64,000 nucleotides of DNA from positions 36,766,001 through 36,830,000 of the forward strand of contig OZ024742.1 in the NCBI GenBank assembly GCA_964016885.1, written 5' to 3'. Within the stretch, counting starts at the first letter, position 1. Every line of letters starts with the position of its first letter. Under the pieces are notes generated by a model. That model was given only the letters and a program-made list of their open reading frames with translations. It ran no database searches and was not told where the DNA came from. Source of the stretch: Eledone cirrhosa. Its lineage: Eukaryota. Both the position numbers and the translations under genes were made by a program. This document shows positions 33,455 through 43,959 of this stretch, piece by piece.

Positions 33455-34284
33455 CTCAGTAGATGTGTTTGTATGTACCTCGGTAGATATGTGTGTGTGT
33501 TTGTGTAAGTCAGTAGATGGTGTGTGTGCGTGTGTGTGTGTAACTCAGTAGATGTGTTTCTGTGTGTGTGTAACTCAGTAGATGTGTGTGTGTGTGTAAC
33601 TGAGTAGATGTGTTTGTATGTAACTCAGTAGATATGTGTGTGTGTATGTGTAACTCAGTAGATTGTGTGTGTGTGTGTGTGTAACTCAGTAGATGTGTGT
33701 GTGTGCGTTTAACTCAGTAGATGTGTGTGTGTGTATAACTCAGTAGATGTGTGTGTGTGTGTTTGTGTAACTTAGTAGATGTGTTTGTATGTAACTCAGT
33801 AGATGTGTGTGTGTGTGTGTGTAACTCAGTAGATGTGTTTGTGTGTGTGTGTGTGTAACTCAGTAGATGTGTGTGTGTGTGTGTAACTCAGTAGATGTGT
33901 TTGTATGTACCTCGGTAGATATGTGTGTGTGTTTGTGTAAGTCAGTAGATGGTGTGTGTGCGTGTGTGTGTGTAACTCAGTAGATGTGTTTCTGTGTGTG
34001 TGTAACTCAGTAGATGTGTGTGTGTGTGTAACTGAGTAGATGTGTTTGTATGTAACTCAGTAGATATGTGTGTGTGTATGTGTAACTCAGTAGATTGTGT
34101 GTGTGTGTGTGTGTGTGTGTAACTCAGTAGATGTGTGTGTGTGCGTTTAACTCAGTAGATGTGTTTGTATGTAACTCAGTAGATGTGTGAGTGTTTAACT
34201 CAGTAGATGTGTGTGTGTGTTTGTGTAACTCAGGAGATGTGTGTGTGTGTAACTCAGTAGATGTGTTTATATGTAACTCAGTAG

Positions 34285-34360
<76 letters not shown>

Positions 34361-34635
34361 CTCAGTAGATGTGTTTGTATGTAACTCAGTAGATGTGTGT
34401 GTGTAACTCACTAGATGTGTGTGTATGTAACTCAGTAGATGTGTTTGTACGTAACTCAATGTATGTGTGCGTGTGTGTGTGTATGTAACTCAGTAGATGT
34501 GTGTGTATGTAACTCAGTAGATGTGTGTGTGTAACTCAGTAGATGTGTGTGTATGTAACTCAGTAGATGTGTTTGTATGTAACTCAATAGATGTGTGCGC
34601 GTGTGTGTGTGTGTAACTCAGTAGATGTGTGTATG
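29117..34635 (+). repeat. Compound satellite: constant TAACTCAGTAGAT with variable (GT)n / GTGTTTGTATG spacers
   Basis: Read directly. Higher-order copies shown by shared rare variants: CAGTCGAT ~30921/~31937 and GTACCTCGGTAG ~33475/~33906. Confidence 0.97.
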
Positions 34636-34938
34636 TGACTAAAGTGTAACGTACGTTACGAATGTATGAAACAAGCAGAATTATAAGATGACTAAATAAT
34701 TGTAAGATGATTTTAGCTATTAATGGTGGAAAAGATTTCAAATTGTCTCAACAATTGTCTTGACTTAGATCGCAACTCATTGTTTCTGACACACTTGCCG
34801 GCTAAATAGCCTGGGTGTTTATTTTTACCGGAACCGGCTACATAGCTTCTTTCTTTAATTTTCCTTTGATTTTTAATGTAAAGCAGCCATTTGTGCTAAA
34901 CAGTATTATATATGCATGATTTCTAATTAATTACACAA

Positions 34939-35124
34939 TTGTTTCTACTTTTAGCACAAGGCCAGCAAATACCCAGTGCATTACTGGTACTTTATTTTAT
35001 CGACCCCGTAAGGATGAAAAGCAAAGTTAACCTCGGCGGGATTTGAACTCAGAAGGGCAAGGGCCGTAACTCTATGTGTCAAAGCGTGGTGTCCGACCCT
35101 CTACCGTTACTGCCAATCCACCCC
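34939..35124 (-). mobile_element. SINE family A copy 3
   Basis: GCACAAGGCCAGCAA...GACCCCGTAAGGATGAAA...GGGATTTGAACTCAG as in the other copies. Confidence 0.85.
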
Positions 35125-35314
35125 TAATTAATTACATAATATTCAAAAATAGAAGTGCGCTTTAAAATATGATGTAAAGAATCTAAAGCAGAGTGATGTT
35201 TTGTACTTTTCAAAAATGTCATGTTAATATGGCTTTGTGTGGTACAGATGTTAAAAGTTGATGTGGTGCCGAGCGGTGGATGGGACGCTAATTTATCGCG
35301 AATTTTCAGCTGAG

Positions 35315-35436
35315 TGGATTGAAACAATGTGAAATGAAGTGGCTTGCTTAAGAGCACAATATGCTACTCGATCCAGGAATGGAATGCAGGGACCTTACAA
35401 TAGTAAGCACAGCACAGTTACCACTACGACGCGCAC
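35315..35436 (-). mobile_element. Degenerate tRNA-derived CORE-type SINE (family B)
   Basis: GTGAAATGAAGTGGCTTGCTTAAGAGCACAA...TCCAGGAAT approximates the reverse complement of the copy at 40213. Confidence 0.55.
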
Positions 35437-35957
35437 TTTCATTGCAGTATGGTTAATTAACGCTTTAGCATTTAATCCAGTCGTATCCGGCCAGAATTCT
35501 CTCACCTCTTTCTGTTCAAACCGGCTGTAACTGGCCACTCATACTTATGTTAAGGTATTGTTCTCAAAATAAATAATATCAAGGTCTCAGATTCTATATT
35601 ATGTGAGATAATTATGTGATGTAAAGCCTTTACCATGAAAATACAATAGTAAATATAGAGTCATGTAACTGCTAAAGGGTTAAATTTTCAGAACTTTGAG
35701 ATCTTGTTTGGATTATCCGAAATTAGGGTAATGTTCACATAACCGAGATTTGACTGTAAACATCAACGATAAAAACAAATCTATTGACACCGCCACCACT
35801 TTCAAAGAACAACACCATTAAACAACAAACACCGCCACCTCCACTATTACTACCACCAGCAACCAGCAAAGAGTGTCATCACCATTATGATCACTATCAC
35901 CACTACCAACAACAAACCTTACATTGAGCAAGAAGCCGTACACTTTTGTGCTTAGGC

Positions 35958-36095
35958 TGTGTGTGTATGTGTATGTGTGAGAAAGTGTGTATGTGTGAGA
36001 AAGTGTGTATGTGTGAGAAAGTGTGTGTATGTGTGAGAAAGTGTGTGTATTGTGAGAAAGTGTGTGTATGTGTGAGAAAGTGTGTGTATGTGTGC
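35958..36095 (+). repeat. 18-20-bp minisatellite (GTGTATGTGTGAGAAAGT), followed by a GA-rich tract to ~36583
   Basis: Read directly. Confidence 0.9.
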
Positions 36096-36509
36096 GTGAG
36101 AGTTATGTCTGTGTGTGTAATGTTTTAGTGTGGGTGTATATATGTGTGCGAGTGTGAGTGTATATGGGTATTTGTAGTTTTGGCTAGTGAGCATAGCGGA
36201 AAACAAGACGATTTATTGTGTGTCTGTGTGTATGTGTGTGTGAGAGAGCGAGAGAGAGAGAGAGGTGGGGGCAGAATTTGAGAGAAAAAGAAACTGAGAG
36301 AGGCAAGAGACCGAAAAAGAGAGAGGCTAAAACAGAGACTGAAAGAGAGAGACTGAGAGTGGACCAAAAGACAAAGAGAGAGACAGAAAGAAAGAAACTA
36401 AGAGGCAGACAAAGAGACGAAGTGAGAGGAAGGCAGAGAGATACCGAGAGAGGAACTAAAAGACAGAGAGAGTGATACTGAGAGAAAGAGGGCGAGAAAG
36501 TAAGAGAGA

Positions 36510-36588
<79 letters not shown>

Positions 36589-36962
36589 CTGCTAAATGAT
36601 TAGTGTGTCTGAAATTTCATGAATGAATCCACACTAAACTATATTTAACTGCGTTTGCAAAGCTAATATTACTTACACACATCACGCAATTGTTTCATTC
36701 ATAAGAGCCAGTCTTTGCAAGATATATGATCTGACCAGCCACCATCAATACAACGATAACGACGATGCTGTAAAATGAAGGAATGAAAGAGAGGAGGAGG
36801 GGGTACAAAGGTTGGGAAGAAGGAAATAAAGAAAGAGGAGACAGGAAAGACAATCCCCAAAAATCTGAAATCTCTTAAATAGCTGTCAAATCTTTACTGT
36901 CATTCTTCCTGCCTTATCTATTTGTTATTTTGTCCTACTAAATTTCAATATATTTATGTGTG

Positions 36963-37059
<97 letters not shown>

Positions 37060-37060
37060 A

Positions 37061-37173
37061 TAACTATGGTGTCAGATAGAATTGTTTCTTTGAATGGCTA
37101 TTTCAGATTGTTCCAGAAAAAATTTGAAATAGTCATCCAAATAAACAATTCTACGTAAATGACACCATAGTTA
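37061..37173. repeat. ~113-bp imperfect hairpin between (GA)n and short (TA)n
   Basis: TAACTATGGTGTCA/TGACACCATAGTTA, TAGAATTGTTT/AAACAATTCTA and ATGGCTATTTC/GAAATAGTCAT pair as nested inverted blocks. Confidence 0.8.
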
Positions 37174-37409
37174 GTAATATATATACAAGGGGTCGGCCCT
37201 CGAAGAAACAACACCACGTGTTCGGCCGGCCCCCTGTATCATGAAAAGAAACTCTTTTTTCAGGGAAATTATTAATTTTTTTTAAATTTTAAAGGTTTCT
37301 TAGGAACTTTCAATGTTTATTTCAGGTTTTGCCGTCTGAAGAGCTCAGGCTATCATAAGTCCCCCAAAATCACTTGGGATGCCATCCAATGCAGCCTGGC
37401 CTCAGAGAG

Positions 37410-38213
37410 ACTCACGCGCCAGCTCGACCAGCACCGCCTTGCCTGTTCTCCTGCGGCCTCCAAACACCACAGTGGTGCCTGGCTCCATGCCCTGCCTTCC
37501 TTCTCCACTGGCACTCAGCTAGACAACAATAGCCTGCGCATCGGCGTTTCCTGAGTCTCGGCCTCCGGATCTGCGAGCCACACCAATGTGGCTGCGTATC
37601 CACCGTGGACTCTTTCGGCCTACACCCGCTTTCCTGTCGCCACAGTTCCGGCCGCCTTCCACGCCATGCTGCCCCCAACGAGGTCATAAAGCATGGCTTG
37701 GACGCTGCAGGCTTCCCTTCCCAGCTCGAGCCGGTGGGGCTGGACCGAGGGGACAGCAAAAGGCCAGATGGCATGACCATCTTCCCGTTCCACTGTGGCA
37801 AACCCCTCGTCTGGGATATCACTTGCACCGACACTTTCTGCAGCCGCAACCTGGTGCAGTCTGCGACTGACCCAGGTTATGCTGCACGTCGGGCTGAGGA
37901 GGCCAAACTCATCAAATACCGGTCACTCTCCGACAGGTTTGCGGTTGTACCACGTCGGGCTGAGGAGGCCAAACTCATCAAATACCGGTCACTCTCCGAC
38001 AGGTTTGCGGTTGTACCCCTTGCTTTGGAGACTTCTGATGTCCTCGGCTGTAGGGCTACCTCCCTACTCACCACCATAGACGCTGAGCTGGCCAGCCGCA
38101 GGTGTGGGCCCCGCGAGTTGGAGTGGCTTTTCCAGCGAATCTCCCTTGCGGTCCTCCGGGGAAACGCCTTCTCCATCCTGTCCGCCGGGGCTGTGAGGGG
38201 GGGGGGGGGGGGG
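37410..38213 (+). mobile_element. 5'-truncated CRE-like non-LTR retrotransposon 3' end (zinc knuckle plus restriction-like endonuclease)
   Basis: GAWLHALP...ICEPHQCGC...HPLSC...RH..NEVIK...KRPDG...LVWDITCTDT...KLIKY...LALET...FQRISLAVLRGNA. Frameshift upstream of ORF 37605; ends in poly-G. Confidence 0.85.
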
Positions 38214-38732
38214 TCGCGTATCATTCCATATTTAAGTATGGTCAATGAAGAATATGTGCCAATAGTCGGCTGTGGTTGGATTTCAGGTACTTTTGCATGT
38301 CGTTTAAGCCCGCCCATTATTATCCCACTCTACCACCCTTTTTAAACGTAGGTAGTAACCACTGTTCATAATTGATAGCCCTCAGTAGAATATGTATAAC
38401 GGAGTTTTAGATAAACCTGATTCAACTGAATATGGCCTCCGATCTTTTATTAATATATAGGGAACGTTTCCACGAACCAAAGTATCGTCTTCCTGTCTTC
38501 CTCCGGTTGCAACTTTTTTTGAAATATTCACTTCTGCGCTCACAGATTGACTTTGTTAGTTTCAGAAGATCCCGTTAAGTGTGAAAGCAGCGATTCTTTG
38601 CTTAAACTTTAATCTGTTATTTTAATAAATATATATATATATATATATATATATCATCTTGGGCATTTCTCTCTGCTTTTCAGCCCATTGGATTGTGTCT
38701 ATATTATATTCCTTTGTTGGATAAATTTCGGA

Positions 38733-38789
38733 ATACCTGATGATGTCACCGGATTCATACTGAACCGATCATTGAAATGTTCATAGTAT
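38733..38789 (+). ncRNA. Type-I hammerhead ribozyme motif (Penelope pLTR-like), somewhat degenerate
   Basis: ATAC-CTGATGA(38737-38743)-imperfect stem II-GAAA(38774-38777)-TGTTCA-TA-GTAT, then AATAAA; lies between two (TA)n tracts. Confidence 0.6.
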
Positions 38790-38835
38790 AATAAATCTTT
38801 AAGGAATTACACCAGTTCAGCCTCCTGTCATTTTA

Positions 38836-38894
<59 letters not shown>

Positions 38895-38930
38895 AACAAG
38901 GGGAGAAGAATACTGCATGGTTGCACATGG

Positions 38931-39513
38931 ATTACATATAAAATTAGTCCCTCATCAGTGATTTGCCAATCATCATTGGTATTTCATCGTATTAAAAATC
39001 AGATACCTCAGGTTGGTGCGAGCAATAACTAAAATAGGCTATTGGGACAAGTGAAACGCGTAAAGCGTGTGAGACAAGTAAACAACAGAAGGAAAAGCAA
39101 ACCGAAGGTTGGAAAAACACCAAGCAACATGATAGTTATCCGATCAGCATAAGCTGGGTGAATTTCATGAGCGGTCAGAGAAGCAGACCGTACGCCGTGA
39201 ATGCGGTGTGAGAAAGAAGGAACCCCACTACTAGCGAACGGGGGGAAGTGAGAAGGGGACAAACAGAGAGAACAGGGGAGCAGTAAGAGAGAAAGAGAGA
39301 AACAGATAATCGCAGTTTAGATATAAATATATATGAAAAACAATTGCTTTTCCTTCTGTTGTTTACTTGTCTCACACGCTTTACGCGTTTCACTTGTCCC
39401 AATAGCCTATTTTAGTTATTGCTCGCACCAACCTGAGGTATCTGATTTTTAATGCGATGAAATACCAATGATGATTGGCAAATCACTGATGAGGGACTAA
39501 TTTTATATGTAAT
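38931..39513. repeat. Inverted repeat, ~170-bp arms (38931-39100 / 39345-39513), ~245-bp spacer; Penelope-pLTR-like
   Basis: Arms are near-perfect reverse complements; contain GAAACGCGTA and, on the other strand, CTGATGA; next to (TA)n. Confidence 0.9.
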
Positions 39514-39515
39514 AT

Positions 39516-39582
39516 AAAAAAAGATGAAATCGAAAATGCAACTGAAGTATTATTTTAAAAAAAATATATATATTTATATATT

Positions 39583-39667
<85 letters not shown>

Positions 39668-39746
39668 ATATTTATTTATAAATATATAAATATATATATT
39701 TTTTTTTAAATAATACTTCAGTTGCATTTTCGATTTCATCTTTTTT

Positions 39747-39747
<1 letters not shown>
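39516..39747. repeat. Palindrome centred on a (TA)n tract, arms ~75 bp
   Basis: AAAAAAAGATGAAATCGAAAATGCAACTGAAGTATTATTT is mirrored by AAATAATACTTCAGTTGCATTTTCGATTTCATCTTTTTTT. Confidence 0.92.
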
Positions 39748-39806
<59 letters not shown>

Positions 39807-39925
39807 CGTGTGTGCGTGTGCGTGTGTGCCTGTGATGTGCGTGTGTGTGTGTCTGTGTGTGTGTGTGTGCCAAGGGTAAAAATATAGGTGCCAACATAGT
39901 TTCAAGCTCAATGTAATTCCACGAT

Positions 39926-40087
39926 CAAGGCCAGCAATTACTCCAGTGCATTACTGGTGCTTTATTTTATCGAGCCAGTAAGGATGAAAGGCAAAGTTAA
40001 CCTGGTGGGATTTGAACTCAGGACGTAAAGGGCCATAACTCTATGCTGCAAAGCATGGTGTCTGACGCTCTACCAATACTGCCAAAC
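39926..40087 (-). mobile_element. SINE family A copy 4
   Basis: CAAGGCCAGCAATT...GGATGAAAGGCAAAGTTAACC...GGGATTTGAACTCAG. Confidence 0.85.
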
Positions 40088-40212
40088 CAGTTATAAAATA
40101 ATGAAGTCAGAAGAACGTACATACATAAAAGGAATAAACATAAAAAATGCATATACACGCGTTTAGATACAGAAACATATACAATATGTGCATATATAAC
40201 TCAACTTAGAGA

Positions 40213-40340
40213 AGGAGTATGGCGGAGTGGTTAGAGAACTGGATTTGCAATCGTGAGGTTGTGAGTTCGATTCCTGGACCGGATGATGCGTTATGTCCTT
40301 GAGCAAGACACTTTATTTCACGTTGCTCCTTCTACCTGGA
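40213..40340 (+). mobile_element. tRNA-derived CORE-type SINE (family B)
   Basis: A-box TGGCGGAGTGG, B-box GAGTTCGATTCC, then TGTCCTTGAGCAAGACACTT resembling the CORE domain. Confidence 0.75.
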
Positions 40341-40603
40341 GTTGCGACCGATAGATAGCATTAGCAATTGGAAAGATCAATGGAAACATTGTTTCCTCGG
40401 TCCGATTTAACGAAAGTTGATTGACTGTCGATAACTCAAAACATACAGATCCACACGTGCAATAGCACCCATACCTGCACACATACAGAGAGGGAGAGAG
40501 GGGGAGAGAGAGAGAGAGATCATACAGATATACATACATATTTACCTAGTTTATATTATCTGAATTCCAATGAAAGAGTCTTGTTTCTATGTTAGAAACC
40601 GGT

Positions 40604-40638
<35 letters not shown>

Positions 40639-40913
40639 TTAAGAGTTAAACAAGGTTCAATGAATACATCAAAGAATGAGTTTTACAATAGATTGGAAGC
40701 ACTCAACAGTTAAAACTTAATTAACAAAAAACTTAATTAATTAAAAAAAAGTGAATTATTCTCAAACTACCTTCATAAAGCCTTGTCTACATTCCAAGCC
40801 TCGCAAAAAGTCCGGAAAAAACAGTAAACAATCAGGCCTGATCTTTGACGTAATATATATATTATATTAAAATATTAACAAATGAAGGATATTCACATAA
40901 TCAAAATATATGC

Positions 40914-40973
40914 TTTATTATATATATTTCAAAGGTGCTGTGTTGTTTTTTCAGTACGTCTTCATCAGATAAA
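40914..40973 (-). ncRNA. Type-I hammerhead ribozyme motif (left arm)
   Basis: Minus strand: TTTAT-CTGATGA-AGACGTACTG...CAGCACCTTT-GAAA-TATATA-TA-ATAAA. Stem I intact, stem II has two mismatches. Confidence 0.7.
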
Positions 40974-41114
40974 ATATGTGATTTGATATATAACATACCG
41001 CTACGGTCTTGATTATACAATTCCAGTATTGGCAGATTATACAATTCCAGTACTGCCAATACTGGAATTGTATAATCAAGACCGTAGCGGTATGTTATAT
41101 ATCAAATCACATAT

Positions 41115-41174
41115 TTTATCTGATGAAGACGTACTGAAAAAACAACACAGCACCTTTGAAATATATATAATTAA
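41115..41174 (+). ncRNA. Type-I hammerhead ribozyme motif (right arm)
   Basis: CTGATGA 41120-41126, GAAA 41158-41161, TATATA, TA; one stem-I mismatch (ATTAA). Confidence 0.65.
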
Positions 41175-41321
41175 GCATATATTTTGATTATGTGAATATC
41201 CTTCATTTGTTAATATTTTGAATAATATTAAAAACTCCAAGGGAACTTTTGCTGTTGAGTGCTTTTAATCTATTGTAAAATTGTATTCATTGAGTAATCA
41301 ACGAACCATATTAATCTTTGG

Positions 41322-42243
<922 letters not shown>

Positions 42244-42270
42244 GAAATATATATATTGGTGAAATATATA

Positions 42271-42360
<90 letters not shown>

Positions 42361-42377
42361 CAAATTTTAGTACAGCA

Positions 42378-43128
42378 TTAACGAAGCTTTAGTTTGCGGC
42401 CAAGCTAACGAATGCAAATTCGGTATGTAGCTTTAGCACTCGAATGGGGATAGTACCCCAGAGTAATAACAATACGTTTAGACAGCTTAGCAAATCAAAT
42501 ATAGCGATCGGCAGTCCAGCCGCACAGCAACGAGAATGGTTGGACTCAGGAAAAGATTTTAGACTGACATGGACATAACGGTGAGACCGAATGCAACATA
42601 TAATGTATATCGTATAGCACACTATATACATCACATACAGCACACAACATCAGCGCTAGGTTTCTGCAAATCCAAGATCGACAAATTCCGCTTGCAGGGG
42701 TCTGCAAGTTAATGGTCTTTGACGACAGAACAAAGGATTTACTTCTTCAACAAGTCTTGTGTTCTTTAGCCTCTGCGGGTATGTTCTAGCAGTAAATTTC
42801 GCTATAGACACGTGGTTTTCTCCAAGGGAGGTAACCCCGTTTTGGCGGTGAATTCGAAATTTGAGACAAAGGAATGAAATTCCCTTAGACAAACCGAATT
42901 AAGCACTCAACCAGAAGTTATCAAACAAACATAAACAATTAATCAATCAATAGAATTATCTAATTAAATTAATCAATTAATCGTTAATTCTAGGAGTTAA
43001 AATACAAATTAACGAAGCTTTAGTTTGCGGCCAAGCTAACGAATGCAAATTCGGTATGTAGGTTTAGCACTCGAATGGGGATAGTACCCGAGAGTAATAA
43101 CAATACGTTTAGACAGCTTAGCAAATCA
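42378..43128. repeat. (TA)n-flanked element with ~120-bp terminal direct repeats (42378-42498 / 43009-43128)
   Basis: TTAACGAAGCTTTAGTTTGCGGCC...CAGCTTAGCAAATCA occurs twice with few differences; partial-tandem pLTR-like layout (inference). Confidence 0.85.
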
Positions 43129-43132
43129 TGTA

Positions 43133-43167
<35 letters not shown>

Positions 43168-43174
43168 TTATATA

Positions 43175-43223
<49 letters not shown>

Positions 43224-43672
43224 CATAAAAGTTTATATAATTATTACATAATTATTGGAAAACTCAAAACACGGACGAAACCATGGTAGAGGTATTTAAA
43301 TGTATTCTATTTTCTCCTAGTTTATTTTAAACCTAATTCTACTTAGTTGACTGTATCTAGGCGATTACGCTGCCGAAATATTCGATAAATATTCCGCTAC
43401 GGCCGACGCGAAGCGCTAGTTTTGGTTATTTGTCGGAGATTCATTCATAGAAGCCTCATTCGTATAGCCTGGTCTATTCGATTTTTTATATAGTTAATTA
43501 TGCTAATTGGGAGAGGAAATAGTATATATTTTATCTTGTGATTCTATAGACATGTTTTATGATATATAGCTCTGATTGTTTAATTTATTAATTTTTCATT
43601 GAGCCAAAAAGTGACCAGTTGCAAAACACGTATATGTATGTGTATGTATATATATATGTAAACTTTTATATA

Positions 43673-43713
<41 letters not shown>

Positions 43714-43745
43714 TATATGTATGTGAATGTATATATATATGTAAA

Positions 43746-43777
<32 letters not shown>

Positions 43778-43959
43778 CTGGTGAAATAAAGCCAGAAGAT
43801 ACATACACATATTTTGTCCTATCCCACACACACACAGAGTGGCCCTCTTACCAAACACACACACACGTAACTATATCTTCATTAACTGTGTTAATTAGAT
43901 ACAGAATTAACAACTTCCAGTTATTCATGACATGACTGTCAACTTATTTATACTATTGT

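Larger units (their letters stand above)
27389..35756. mobile_element. pogo/Tigger-like (Tc1/mariner superfamily) DNA transposon relic with nested insertions
   Basis: TA|CAGTTAGTCCTCGATTATCC at left and ATAACCGAGATTTGACTG|TA at right form imperfect TIRs with a TA target duplication. Subterminal TTCGGATAA (~27436) / TTATCCGAA (~35713) are also inverted. No intact transposase seen. Confidence 0.7.
40869..41219. repeat. Near-perfect fold-back, ~167-bp arms, 17-bp spacer, within a (TA)n-flanked element (~40640-41322)
   Basis: 40869-41035 is the reverse complement of 41053-41219 with about one mismatch; spacer 41036-41052 repeats 41012-41028. Confidence 0.95.

Noticed and set aside
29117-34635. 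CRISPR-like repeat-spacer appearance and Cys/Val-rich ORFs
   Set aside because: Repeat is only 13 bp, spacers are (GT)n rather than unique, no cas genes, eukaryotic context.
40213-40290. tRNA gene
   Set aside because: A and B boxes present but no acceptor stem; continues into a CORE-like SINE body.
40560-40610. CCAATGA...GAAACCGG as a hammerhead (related copy at ~61780-61835)
   Set aside because: A real two-copy repeat, but the core is non-canonical and stems I and II do not fit.
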